Source of the DNA: Bacillota bacterium
GTDB taxonomy: Bacteria; Bacillota; Sulfobacillia; Thermaerobacterales; RSA17
Length of the DNA stretch: 64,000 bases
NCBI GenBank assembly: GCA_017577485.2
Contig: PKRI02000004.1
Coordinates: forward strand, 7,862 to 71,861
Reading direction: 5' to 3'
The notes beneath the pieces were generated by a model. That model had not been told where the DNA came from and did not search any database. It saw nothing but the letters and a program-made list of their open reading frames with translations. Shown here one piece after another: positions 8,894 through 18,313 of the stretch. Made by a program: the position numbers and the translations under genes. Numbering within the stretch: the stretch's first letter is position 1; every line of letters starts with the position of its first letter.

Positions 8894-9376
8894 TCAACCG
8901 CGCAGGGCCTCTTTGATTTCGGGGCTGGCGTGGCGCCAAAATTCCAGGCCGCGGCCCTTGAGCTCCGCCGCCAGGGCGGTGCGGCCCTCCGGCGGCAGCC
9001 CTTCGACGTTGACGTGGCCGTCCAGCGCCGCCTTCATGGCGTTGACGTGGGTGGGCATGTGCTTGTAGCCCACCATGGCGTCGCGGTCGATGAGCATCTC
9101 GCACACCGTCAGGCCCCGGTAGCCGCGGCGGCCGTCGGGTCCCCGTCCCAGGGTGACCCAGGCCACCCAGTACCGGCGGCCGTTGGGCACCTCGGACGGG
9201 TCCTTCACCCAGCGCACGCCCTGTTCCACCGGGCTGCGGCCGTGCAGGGCGCCGGGAGCCACGTAGGCATGGGTTCCCTCGATGATCACCGCCGACAGGT
9301 TGCCCAGGGACTGGGCCTGGTCGTCGGCCACGGGGATGATGCGCAGCACTTCATCTTCCGGCTCCAGGGGCGCCAC
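8894..9376 (-). CDS. YwhD-family protein
   Basis: GALHGRSPVE, VPNGRRYWVAWV, CEMLID, GYK.MP.HVN resemble B. subtilis YwhD (recognised from memory); GTG after GGAGG. Confidence 0.75.
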   Translation of the reverse strand: MAPLEPEDEVLRIIPVADDQAQSLGNLSAVIIEGTHAYVAPGALHGRSPVEQGVRWVKDPSEVPNGRRYWVAWVTLGRGPDGRRGYRGLTVCEMLIDRDAMVGYKHMPTHVNAMKAALDGHVNVEGLPPEGRTALAAELKGRGLEFWRHASPEIKEALRG

Positions 9377-9419
9377 GGAATCCAGCCTCCTCCGCTCGGC
9401 AGGGTTGCGGGGGCGGGCC

Positions 9420-10589
9420 TCAGCGGGCCCTGCCGCCCAGTTTCTCCAGCAGGGCCGCCAGCAGGCCGCGGCCGGGCGCGTGGTCGCCGCCCCCGTCGCG
9501 CTCCTCACCTTCGCCGCCGCCGGGAGCGCCGGCCGGCTCTGGGGCGGCCAGGGCTCCCCGCTGCCAGTCCAGGAACAGCCGGTAGGCCAGCGCCGTCACC
9601 GGCGCCGCCAGGAAGGCGCCCACCAGGCCGGCCACCTCCAGGCCCGCCAGCAGGGCCAGCAGCGCGGCCAGCGGGTGCAGCCCCACGGCCTGGCCGGTGA
9701 TGCGCGGCACCAGCAGGTGGTTTTCCAGCTGGGCCACCACCACCAGGAAGACGGCCACGTAGAGCACGGTGGGGAAGGGCTGGGCCAGCGCCAGGGCCAG
9801 CGGCAGGATGCTGCCCAGCAGCGCGCCCACCGAGGGGATCAACTCGAAGAGCCCGGCCTGCAGACCCACCAGCGCCGGGTAGGGCAGGCCGAAGAGGCGG
9901 GCGCCGGCGCCCACCGTCACGCCGATGATCAGGCCTAGCAGCAGCTGCCCCCGCAGGTAGCCGCCGAACACGTCGGCGGCGTTCCGCTCCACGTGGGCGA
10001 CCCCGCGCCGCCAGGGCTCGGGCAGCGCCTGGTAGAAGCGGTCCCGCAGGCGGGGGCCGTCCAGCAGCAGGTAAAGGGCGATGACCACCGCCGCCAGCGC
10101 CCCGGCCAGCACGGCGCCGATGCGGCCGGTGATGACCGCGGCGCTGCTCAGCAGGGAGCCCACCGCCGCCTGCAGGCGGCCCGCGGCCTGGCGAACCAGG
10201 TCGGCCTCGTCAAACTGGATACCCCGGGACTGCAGCCACCGGCGCAGGCCGGCCAGGGCGTCCACGGCGCGCTGCTGCCACCGGGGCAGGTCCTCCAGCA
10301 CGTCCCGCAGGTCGGCTGCCAGGGGCCCGGCCACCAGCGCCAGGAAGGCGGCGGTGGCGGCCAGGCAGCCCACGGCGGTCACGGCCACCGCCAGGCCCCG
10401 GCGGCGCAGGAGGCGGGACAGCCGGTCCACCAGCGGCCGGGCGACGAAAGCCAGGGCGGCGCCCAGAGCGAAGACCGCCAGCGTCTGCAGGAAGCGGCCC
10501 AGCACGATCCCGATCAACGCCAGGACCCCCGCCAGGCTCAGCAGGGCCAGGCAGACGATCAGGACCCGCGTCCAGTCAATCCGGGGCAC
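9420..10589 (-). CDS. AI-2E (PerM/YdiK) family membrane transporter
   Basis: Multiple TM segments, LLDG, GYLRGQ, IP.VG, LENHLLVPRITGQAVGLHP; start ATG 10595 or GTG 10589. Confidence 0.88.
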   Translation of the reverse strand: MPRIDWTRVLIVCLALLSLAGVLALIGIVLGRFLQTLAVFALGAALAFVARPLVDRLSRLLRRRGLAVAVTAVGCLAATAAFLALVAGPLAADLRDVLEDLPRWQQRAVDALAGLRRWLQSRGIQFDEADLVRQAAGRLQAAVGSLLSSAAVITGRIGAVLAGALAAVVIALYLLLDGPRLRDRFYQALPEPWRRGVAHVERNAADVFGGYLRGQLLLGLIIGVTVGAGARLFGLPYPALVGLQAGLFELIPSVGALLGSILPLALALAQPFPTVLYVAVFLVVVAQLENHLLVPRITGQAVGLHPLAALLALLAGLEVAGLVGAFLAAPVTALAYRLFLDWQRGALAAPEPAGAPGGGEGEERDGGGDHAPGRGLLAALLEKLGGRAR

Positions 10590-10649
10590 GGCCATCCCCC
10601 GCGCTTCCAGTAGGCGGCCGGCGGCGCCGGGGCCTGAAGCCGGCTCGGT

Positions 10650-11534
10650 TCAGGCGAACTCCGCCAGGATCTTCGCCCACTCCGCCGGGTCGCGCTGCAG
10701 TTCCTGCGCCGCGATGGGTTCCGGCCGGTAGCCCGGCAGCAGTTCTTCATAGGTAGGCACGTCGGTGGCCCGGTAGATGAGGCCGGTGACCAGGTCGTCC
10801 TTGTCGATGACCGTGTTCAGCGCGGCCTGCCAGTTGCCGGGATCGTAGGATTCGTCGTCGTCCAGGTTGACCAGCCGTTCCTTGTACCAGTCGTAGGTGT
10901 TGATCTTGTTGTAGGTGACGCAGGGGCTGTACACGTTGACCAGGGCGAAGCCCTTATGCTGGATGGCGCCCTTGATCAACCGGGCCAGGTGCTTGGGGTC
11001 GCCCGAGAACCCCTGGGCCAGGTAGGTCACCCCGGCCACCAGCGCCATCCGCAGCGGCGTGATGGGCCGGTCGATGGCTCCCGTGGGCGCCGACGTGGTC
11101 CGGGATCCCAGGTGGGTGGTGGGCGACGTCTGGCCCTTGGTCAGCCCGTAAACCTTGTTGTCCATGACGATGTAGGTGATGTCGACGTTGCGGCGGGCGG
11201 CGTGGATGAAGTGGTTGAGGCCGATGCCGTACCCGTCGCCGTCACCGCCGGCGGCGATGACGGTCAGGTCCCGGTTGGCCAGCTTGATGCCGGTGGCCAC
11301 GGGCATGGTCCGGCCGTGCACCACGTGCACGCTGTAGGAGCGGAAGTAGTCGCCGATCTTGCCCGAGCAGCCGATGCCGGCCACCAGCACCGTCCGCGCC
11401 GGGTCCAGGTTCAGGTCGGCCGCCGCCATCTGCAGGGCGCGCAGCACCGCGAAGTCGCCGCATCCGGGGCACCACCACGGCGCCGCGTCGGTGGCGTAAT
11501 CCTTGGGCGAACGCCGGTCGATCACCGTGGCCAT
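10650..11534 (-). CDS. 2-oxoacid:ferredoxin oxidoreductase beta subunit
   Basis: WCPGCGD, GIGCS, GGDGD, YGLTKGQTSPT, SPCVTYN. Confidence 0.95.
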   Translation of the reverse strand: MATVIDRRSPKDYATDAAPWWCPGCGDFAVLRALQMAAADLNLDPARTVLVAGIGCSGKIGDYFRSYSVHVVHGRTMPVATGIKLANRDLTVIAAGGDGDGYGIGLNHFIHAARRNVDITYIVMDNKVYGLTKGQTSPTTHLGSRTTSAPTGAIDRPITPLRMALVAGVTYLAQGFSGDPKHLARLIKGAIQHKGFALVNVYSPCVTYNKINTYDWYKERLVNLDDDESYDPGNWQAALNTVIDKDDLVTGLIYRATDVPTYEELLPGYRPEPIAAQELQRDPAEWAKILAEFA

Positions 11535-13279
11535 CACAGCATCGCCTCGCATTCCCGCATGATCTCGCTGGGCAAGAACGGCGTGCCGTCGTACTTGAGG
11601 ACGGAATGCAGCCGGTCCTTGTCGGCGGTCCCGATCTCCTGGCGCAGCAGCCGGGCCAGCTGGCCGCGGGCATTGTTCTCGACCACCACCACCCGCCGTG
11701 CCTGGGCGATCCGCGACGCCAGGACGCCGGCGGGCAGCGGCTCCAGCAGCCGGATGTGGCCGTGGGCCACTGACGCGCCCTGCCGCTCCAGCCGTTCCCG
11801 GGCCTCCGCCAGGGGCCCGTAGGTGGAGCCCCAGCCCAGCAGCAGCAGGTCCGGCGCTTCCGGCCCGTCAAAGGTGACCGGCGGGATGGCGTCGTTCAGT
11901 TCCACCGATTGAAACTTGCGCAGCCGCTTGTCGGTCATGCGCACGCGGTTGCGGCGGTCTTCGGTGATGTGGCCCGTCTCGTCGTGCTCGAGGCCGGTGG
12001 CCAGGTGCAGGCCGCCGGGCATGCCGGGCAGGGACCGGGGCGAGATGCCGCTGTCGGTGAAGCGATAGCGCTTGAAGTCGGCATCTTCGGGCCCCAGCTC
12101 CTCCGGAGCGGCCACCAGGCCGCGGTCGATCTTCACCCGGCTGAAGTCCAGGTCGTCGACGGTCTGGATGGCCAGGCCCACGGCCAGGTCCATGGCCAGG
12201 ATCACGGGCGTCTGGTAGCGCTCGGCCAGGTTGAAGGCCTCGGCCGCGCCGTAGAAGCATTCCTCGGCGGTGGCCGGCGCCAGCACGATCCGGGGCAGGT
12301 CGCCGTGGGAGCCGTACAGCATCTCGAAGAGATCCGACTGCTCGTGCTTGGTGGGCATGCCGGTGCTGGGCCCGGCCCGCTGCACGTCCACGATGACCAC
12401 CGGCGCCTCGATCATGCCCGCGTAACCCAGGGCTTCCATCATCAGCGAGAACCCTGGGCCCGAGGTGGCGGTCATGGCCCGGACGCCGGCGTAGCCGGCA
12501 CCCACCGCCAGGGTGATGGCGGCGATCTCGTCTTCGGTCTGCACCACCACCCCGCCGAACTGGGGCAGTTTCGGGACCAGCCAGTGCATGATGTCGCTGG
12601 CCGGGGTGATGGGGTACGCGGCGATCAGCCGGCACCCGCCCACCAGCGCGCCGAAACCGGCGGCGTCGTCACCGGTCATGGTGTAGCGCCGCCGGCCGTC
12701 GCCTGCCTCCAGGCGCAGGTCGCTGCAGGCGGCCTGGCCGGCGAGCCGCTCGTAGCCGGCCCGGAAGGCCCGGCGGTTGGCCTCGACCACCTTCTCACCC
12801 TTGCTGCCGAACCGCTCGGCGATCAGATCGTCGAAGGCGTCCACCGGCAGTCCCAGCAGCGCCGCCGAAGCGCCGGCGCCCACCATGTTCTTCATGATGA
12901 CGCCGCCCACATCGCGGGCGATGCCGGTCAGGGGCACGCCCAACACCCGAACGCCGTCGCCTGCTTCGGGCAGTTGGGGATGGGCCTCCTCATCGTCGAT
13001 GACGACCACGGCTCCCGGGGTCAGCTGCGCGGCATTGCGCCGGACGCTGTCGCGGTCGAAGGCGATCAGCACGTCCACGTGGTCGCTGTTGGCCAGAACA
13101 CGGCGGGTGGCGATCCGGATCCGAAAGTTGGTGTGGCCGCCCTTGATCCGTGAAGAAAACGTTCGGTAACCGTAAATGTGGTAGCCCAGGCGATTGAGCC
13201 CGGCCGAGAGCACGTAACCCGTGCTCTCGATGCCCTCGCCCTGCTGCCCGCCGACCATCCAGGTGAGCTCCGACCGCAT
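11534..13279 (-). CDS. 2-oxoacid:ferredoxin oxidoreductase alpha subunit (gamma-alpha fusion)
   Basis: GGQQGEG, YPITP, EDE, ATSGPG, QRAGPSTGMPT; start moved to ATG 13279; TGATG overlap with beta. Confidence 0.95.
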   Translation of the reverse strand: MRSELTWMVGGQQGEGIESTGYVLSAGLNRLGYHIYGYRTFSSRIKGGHTNFRIRIATRRVLANSDHVDVLIAFDRDSVRRNAAQLTPGAVVVIDDEEAHPQLPEAGDGVRVLGVPLTGIARDVGGVIMKNMVGAGASAALLGLPVDAFDDLIAERFGSKGEKVVEANRRAFRAGYERLAGQAACSDLRLEAGDGRRRYTMTGDDAAGFGALVGGCRLIAAYPITPASDIMHWLVPKLPQFGGVVVQTEDEIAAITLAVGAGYAGVRAMTATSGPGFSLMMEALGYAGMIEAPVVIVDVQRAGPSTGMPTKHEQSDLFEMLYGSHGDLPRIVLAPATAEECFYGAAEAFNLAERYQTPVILAMDLAVGLAIQTVDDLDFSRVKIDRGLVAAPEELGPEDADFKRYRFTDSGISPRSLPGMPGGLHLATGLEHDETGHITEDRRNRVRMTDKRLRKFQSVELNDAIPPVTFDGPEAPDLLLLGWGSTYGPLAEARERLERQGASVAHGHIRLLEPLPAGVLASRIAQARRVVVVENNARGQLARLLRQEIGTADKDRLHSVLKYDGTPFLPSEIMRECEAML

Positions 13280-13368
13280 CGCCGACTCCCCTAAAACGAT
13301 GGACCGGACCGCCGGCCCAGTCCCTGTGATGTCACCGTACTCGCCAGGGCGTCTCACTGGCGTGCTTA

Positions 13369-13377
13369 ATTGTAGCA
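13369..13377 (-). promoter_or_regulatory. Extended -10 promoter for the oxidoreductase operon
   Basis: Minus strand TGcTACAAT in the divergent intergenic region. Confidence 0.45.
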
Positions 13378-13457
13378 CAATACAGCACGGCCGGGGCACG
13401 GCGGGCCCGGCAGGCGCTGGACCGCTTTCCGCCAAAGTAGGCGGCGGGAGGATGGCG

Positions 13458-14168
13458 ATGGCTCCCACCGATGTGTCACGGCTCCTGGACGACCTGCCCC
13501 CGGACTTCGACCGCCAGCGCTTCGCCGCGGTGTACGCCGAGGCGGCAGGCGCCGCGGCGGCGGCGCGGACCCCGGGCCGCGAGCCGGGCTACCGGCTGCT
13601 GCACGGCCACCGCGTGGCACGCCTGGGCCTGGAGCTCTTGGACCAGCCCGATGTGGCTGCCGCCGGTCCCGGACCCCACGCTCGCATCGTGGTCTGGCTG
13701 GCCGGCCTGATCCACGACCTGTTCAAGGAAACCCTCGGCGCCGACCCGCCCGGCACCGACCATGCCGACCTGGCCGCCCGCTGGGCCGAGGCGCGCCTGC
13801 CCGGCCATTTCGGCGGGGAGGTCGGCCGGCAGGTGGCCGAGGCATGCTATCTCCACAACAAGCGTCACCTGCCGGCGCCGGTGGAGGCGCAGGTCCTGCA
13901 GGACGCCGACCTGCTGGACCACTTCGGCGCCCAGGAGGTGTGGCTGGCCGCCTACTACAGCGGCGCCCGGAACCAGGGCCTGGACGACGGCCTGGCCTAC
14001 CTGACCGGACCGCGCAACGCCGGGTGGCGGCGCTACGCCCTCGACCACGTCCGCTTCGACAGCGCCCGGGCGTCCCTCCAGGAACGGCTGCGGTACGCCG
14101 ACGCCCTGGTCCGCCGCCTGGAGGCCGAAAGCCGGGGCCGGCTCTGGCCGTCGGGGGACGTGTGGTAG
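13458..14168 (+). CDS. HD-superfamily metal-dependent phosphohydrolase
   Basis: H(LLHGHRV)...IHDL...DHA...LHN...QDADLLD; GGGAGG SD. Confidence 0.82.
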   Translation: MAPTDVSRLLDDLPPDFDRQRFAAVYAEAAGAAAAARTPGREPGYRLLHGHRVARLGLELLDQPDVAAAGPGPHARIVVWLAGLIHDLFKETLGADPPGTDHADLAARWAEARLPGHFGGEVGRQVAEACYLHNKRHLPAPVEAQVLQDADLLDHFGAQEVWLAAYYSGARNQGLDDGLAYLTGPRNAGWRRYALDHVRFDSARASLQERLRYADALVRRLEAESRGRLWPSGDVW

Positions 14169-14199
14169 AATCTTCACACAGGCCAGGGAGGTGTGGATC

Positions 14200-15171
14200 G
14201 TGGCAGCGGTCGAGAACGTCGTCATCATCGGCTCCGGACCTGCAGGTCTCACGGCCGCGCTGTACGCCGCCCGTGCGGGCCTGGAACCCCTGGTGGTCGC
14301 CGGCTTCCAGGCCGGCGGGCAGTTGATGCTGACCACCGAGGTGGAGAACTTCCCCGGTTTTCCCGACGGCATCATGGGCCCGGAACTGATGACGCGGATG
14401 CGCCAGCAGGCCCAGCGCTTCGGGACCCGCTTCATCGACGCCGACGCCGACGAGGTGGACTTCTCCGGTCACCCGCTGCGGGTCAAGGCCCAGGGATGCT
14501 GGATCGACGCCCGGGCCGTGATCATCGCCACCGGCGCCTCGGCCAGGTGGCTGGGGGTGCCGGGCGAGGAGCGGCTGCGCGGGCACGGCGTCTCTTCGTG
14601 CGCCACCTGCGACGGCTTCTTTTTCCGGGAGCGCGACGTGGTGGTGGTGGGCGGCGGCGACTCCGCCATGGAGGAAGCCCTGTTCCTGGCCAATCTGTGC
14701 CGCAGCGTGACGGTGGTACACCGCCGCCGGGAACTGCGGGCCAGCAGGATCATGCAGGAGCGCGCCCTGAACCACCCGCGCATCCGGTTCATCTGGGACA
14801 CCGTGGTCGAGGAGATCCTGGGCGACGACCGCGTGACGGGCGTGCGCCTGCGCAACGTGCAGACCGGCGAGACCCGGGACCTGGCCTGCGACGCCGTCTT
14901 CGTGGCCATCGGCCACCAGCCCAACACCGCCATCTTCCGCGGCCAGGTGGAACTGGACCAGGACGGGTACGTGCGCATGTACCCCGGGATGCGCACCAGC
15001 CGCGAGGGCGTCTTCGTGGCCGGCGACGCCGAGGACCGGCGCTACCGCCAGGCCATCACCGCCGCGGCCGCGGGCTGCAAGGCGGCCATGGAAGTGGAAC
15101 GCTGGCTGGCCGAGCAGCCGCTGGAGCCGACCGCCCCGGCCGACGCAGCGGCCGCCCGGGACGGCCGCTGA
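14200..15171 (+). CDS. trxB: Thioredoxin-disulfide reductase
   Basis: GSGPAG, ENFPGF, CATCDG, GGGDSA, YRQAITAA. Confidence 0.96.
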   Translation: MAAVENVVIIGSGPAGLTAALYAARAGLEPLVVAGFQAGGQLMLTTEVENFPGFPDGIMGPELMTRMRQQAQRFGTRFIDADADEVDFSGHPLRVKAQGCWIDARAVIIATGASARWLGVPGEERLRGHGVSSCATCDGFFFRERDVVVVGGGDSAMEEALFLANLCRSVTVVHRRRELRASRIMQERALNHPRIRFIWDTVVEEILGDDRVTGVRLRNVQTGETRDLACDAVFVAIGHQPNTAIFRGQVELDQDGYVRMYPGMRTSREGVFVAGDAEDRRYRQAITAAAAGCKAAMEVERWLAEQPLEPTAPADAAAARDGR

Positions 15172-15187
15172 GCGACGGGAACCGCCG

Positions 15188-16552
15188 GTGAGCCGGGCGC
15201 GGACGGTCTACATCTGCCAGGAGTGCGCCTACCGCTCGCCCCGCTGGCTGGGGCGCTGCCCGGGCTGCGGCGGCTGGAACACCATGGCCGAGGAGCGCCA
15301 ACCCCATGCGCCCGCCGGCCGCCGCGACGCCGCCGGCCGGCCCGTTTCTCCCGTGCTGCTCACCGACGCCGTCGAGCCCCACCCCCACCGCCTGTCCACC
15401 GGCAGCGGGGAACTGGACCGGGTACTGGGCGGCGGCATCGTGCCGGGCTCCCTGGTCCTCATCGGCGGCGACCCCGGGATCGGCAAGTCGACGCTGCTGC
15501 TGCAGGTGGCCGCCCACGTGGCCGCTTCTCAGGGAAACTTCCTTTATATATCTGGCGAGGAATCGGCCGCTCAGGTGGCCATGCGCGGCCGGCGGCTGGG
15601 CATCGACGCCGGCCGCCTTTACTTGCTGGCGGAAACGGACATAAGGATGATGGAGCAGGCTTTCGACGAGGTGCGCCCGGTGGCGGCAGTGATCGACTCG
15701 ATCCAGACGGTTTACGACCCGGAACTGGGCAGCGCCCCGGGCAGCGTCACCCAGGTGCGGGAGTGCGCCGCCCAGTTCCTGAGGCTGGCCAAGACCCGGG
15801 GCACCGCGGTATTCCTGGTGGGCCACGTGACCAAGGGCGGCGACCTGGCCGGTCCCCGTACCCTGGAGCACATCGTCGACGCCGTGCTGTATTTCGAGGG
15901 CGACCGCCATCACGTGTACCGCATCCTGCGGGCGGTCAAGAACCGCTTCGGCGCCACCAACGAGGTGGGCCTGTTTGAGATGACCGCCGCCGGCCTGCGG
16001 GAGGTGCCCAGCCCGTCGGAAGCGCTGCTGGCCGAGCGCCCGCAGCAGGCTTCGGGGTCCGTGGTGGTGGCCGGCATCGAGGGCACCCGCCCGCTGCTGG
16101 TGGAGGTCCAGGCTCTGCTGGCGGCCTCGCCCTTCGGCCATCCCCGGCGCACGGTCAGCGGCCTGGACGCCAACCGGGTGGCCTTCATCCTGGCGGTGCT
16201 GGAGAAGCGCGGCGGCCTGCGGGTGGGCACCCACGACGCCTACCTCAAGGTATCGGGCGGCCTGCGGCTGTCGGAGCCCGCCGCGGATCTGGGCATCGCC
16301 GTGGCGGTGGCGTCGTCCTTCCTGGACCGTCCCGCCGCCGCCGACACGGCGGTGTTCGGTGAGGTAGGCCTGAGCGGCGAGGTCCGGGCGGTGACCCGGG
16401 TGGAGCCGCGGCTGCAGGAGGCGGCGCGGATGGGGCTCACACGGTGCGTGCTGCCGGCCGGCAACCTGCGGGGGGCGCCGGCGGCGCCCGGCGGCATCCA
16501 ACTGGTTGGGGTGACCACCGTCAGCGAGGCGCTCGAGGTGATGCTGGGCTGA
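15188..16552 (+). CDS. radA: DNA repair protein RadA/Sms
   Basis: CQECAY...CPGC Zn finger, GDPGIGKST, KNRFG. Confidence 0.97.
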   Translation: MSRARTVYICQECAYRSPRWLGRCPGCGGWNTMAEERQPHAPAGRRDAAGRPVSPVLLTDAVEPHPHRLSTGSGELDRVLGGGIVPGSLVLIGGDPGIGKSTLLLQVAAHVAASQGNFLYISGEESAAQVAMRGRRLGIDAGRLYLLAETDIRMMEQAFDEVRPVAAVIDSIQTVYDPELGSAPGSVTQVRECAAQFLRLAKTRGTAVFLVGHVTKGGDLAGPRTLEHIVDAVLYFEGDRHHVYRILRAVKNRFGATNEVGLFEMTAAGLREVPSPSEALLAERPQQASGSVVVAGIEGTRPLLVEVQALLAASPFGHPRRTVSGLDANRVAFILAVLEKRGGLRVGTHDAYLKVSGGLRLSEPAADLGIAVAVASSFLDRPAAADTAVFGEVGLSGEVRAVTRVEPRLQEAARMGLTRCVLPAGNLRGAPAAPGGIQLVGVTTVSEALEVMLG

Positions 16553-16557
16553 CCCTG

Positions 16558-17628
16558 GTGCGCGCGCGGAAGCAGCAGCGGGCCGAACTGGCCGCCATCC
16601 TCTCGCGCCTGGCCCCGGGCACGGCGCTGCGGGAAGGGCTGGACCACATCATGCGGGCCCGGACCGGCGCCCTGCTGATGTTCTCCGACGCCGAGGACCT
16701 GTCGGGCATCATCAACGGCGGCTTCCCCCTGGACGTGGAGATGACGCCGGACCTGCTTTACGAGCTGGCCAAGATGGACGGGGCCATCGTCCTCAGTGCC
16801 GACGGCCGCCGCGTCCGCTACGCCAATGTGCAGCTGGTGCCTGACCCGTCCATCCCCTCCGACGAGACCGGCATCCGCCACCGCTCGGCCGAGCGGGCCG
16901 CCCGGCAGACCGGTGACCTGGTCATCGCCATTTCCCAGCGCCGCGACGTCATCACCCTCTACCGCGGCACCCTCAAGTACCCCATGCAGGACCTGGTGCT
17001 GGTCATGGCCCGGGCCAACCAGGCCCTGCAGACCCTGGAGAAATACGCCGGCGTGCTGCGGGAGTCGCTGGGCAACCTGACCGCCCTGGAGTTCCAGGAC
17101 CTGGTCACCCTGCACGACGTGGCCGTCGTGCTGCGGCGCATCGAACTGGTATTGCGGCTCTCCGACGAGATCGCCTTCTACGAGGTGGAACTGGGCGTCG
17201 AGGGACGCCTGCTGCGCCTGCAGCGGCTGGAACTGGTGGGCGACGTGGAGCAGCAGGGACTGCTGGTGGTGAAGGACTACGCCGCCCGGGACGTGGACCC
17301 CGAGGAGGCCTTCCAGCGCCTGCACGAACTGGACCTGGACCGGTCCCAGTTGAGCGACATCGCCCGGCTGCTGGGCCACGGCGCGGCGCCCGAAGGGCTG
17401 GACGCCTTCGTGACGCCCCGGGGTTACCGCACCCTGAGCCGGGTGCCCCGGCTTCCGGCGGCCGTCATCGACAAGGTGGTGCGGCGCTTCGGCAGCCTGC
17501 AGCGGATCCTGTCCGCCTCGCCGGAGGAACTGGATCAGGTGGAAGGGGTGGGAGCGGTCCGCTCCCGGGCCATCAGGGACGGCCTCAGCATGCAGCAGGA
17601 TCAGCTTTACCTGCCGCGGCGGCTGTAG
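16558..17628 (+). CDS. disA: DNA integrity scanning diadenylate cyclase DisA
   Basis: APGT.LR, ELAKMDGA and GIRHRSAER DAC motifs, C-terminal HhH; follows radA; start approximate. Confidence 0.95.
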   Translation: MRARKQQRAELAAILSRLAPGTALREGLDHIMRARTGALLMFSDAEDLSGIINGGFPLDVEMTPDLLYELAKMDGAIVLSADGRRVRYANVQLVPDPSIPSDETGIRHRSAERAARQTGDLVIAISQRRDVITLYRGTLKYPMQDLVLVMARANQALQTLEKYAGVLRESLGNLTALEFQDLVTLHDVAVVLRRIELVLRLSDEIAFYEVELGVEGRLLRLQRLELVGDVEQQGLLVVKDYAARDVDPEEAFQRLHELDLDRSQLSDIARLLGHGAAPEGLDAFVTPRGYRTLSRVPRLPAAVIDKVVRRFGSLQRILSASPEELDQVEGVGAVRSRAIRDGLSMQQDQLYLPRRL

Positions 17629-17631
17629 GCT

Positions 17632-18027
17632 CTAGGTCAGGCTGTACTGGCCCAGGGTGGAAACCTTCTTGTGTTCCTTGATCAGGATGTCGTACAGGTT
17701 GAGGTCCAGGGCGTTGCAGAGCCCGGCCAGGTAGAACAGCAGCTTGCCGACCTCGTCCTCGACCACCTCGCGGCAGTGCTCGCAGACCTGGCCCCGGAGA
17801 TGGGAGTCCATGTACTTGCGCAGCTCGCCCAGGGTGATGTCGGGCGGGATCTGGGCCTTGCGAGCCTCGATGGAAACGCACCCGCACGAGGTGACCGCCT
17901 TCAGCACCGCGCGGTTGACCCGGGCCCCGGCTTCCTGAAACTTGGAGATCACGTCCAGAATGCTCCGGTGGCGGATGAGGCACTGGCTGACGGTGTCCTG
18001 AAACTCATCCCAGAGGAGATCCTTCAT
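17632..18027 (-). CDS. Conserved Cys-rich hypothetical protein, possible MazG/NTP-pyrophosphatase-like fold
   Basis: MKDLLWDEFQ...RHRSILD...TSCGC...CEHCRE..EDEVGKLLFY; GAGGAG SD; own consensus promoter. Confidence 0.75.
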   Translation of the reverse strand: MKDLLWDEFQDTVSQCLIRHRSILDVISKFQEAGARVNRAVLKAVTSCGCVSIEARKAQIPPDITLGELRKYMDSHLRGQVCEHCREVVEDEVGKLLFYLAGLCNALDLNLYDILIKEHKKVSTLGQYSLT

Positions 18028-18117
18028 ACCTTCACTCCTCGTCGCTGCCGGCACGCCGGATGCGGCCGGCTGTCGGACGGCGGGCGGTTTGAGTCGACCG
18101 GGCTGGATGCTGTCGCA

Positions 18118-18147
18118 ATTATACTGACGCCATCTCCGGGGTGTCAA
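18118..18147 (-). promoter_or_regulatory. Consensus SigA promoter for the 17632-18027 gene
   Basis: Minus strand TTGACA-18nt-TATAAT. Confidence 0.8.
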
Positions 18148-18201
18148 CGAAAGGCAGCGGCCGCGAGCCTTGCGGGACGCGCGCCTCCAGGCACACTGGC
18201 A

Positions 18202-18271
18202 TTGACTTACAGCCTCTTCCTGTGGTAAAATCCCAAATTCCTTGACAGGAGGCGGCGGGGCGTGGTATCCT
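18202..18271 (+). promoter_or_regulatory. Tandem SigA promoters for carD
   Basis: TTGACT-18-TAAAAT (18202-18231) and TTGACA-18-TATCCT (18242-18271), both with extended -10 TG. Confidence 0.65.
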
Positions 18272-18313
18272 AATTTCAGGAAGTTTGGCAAGTTTGACGA
18301 AGGAGGCTGAGGA

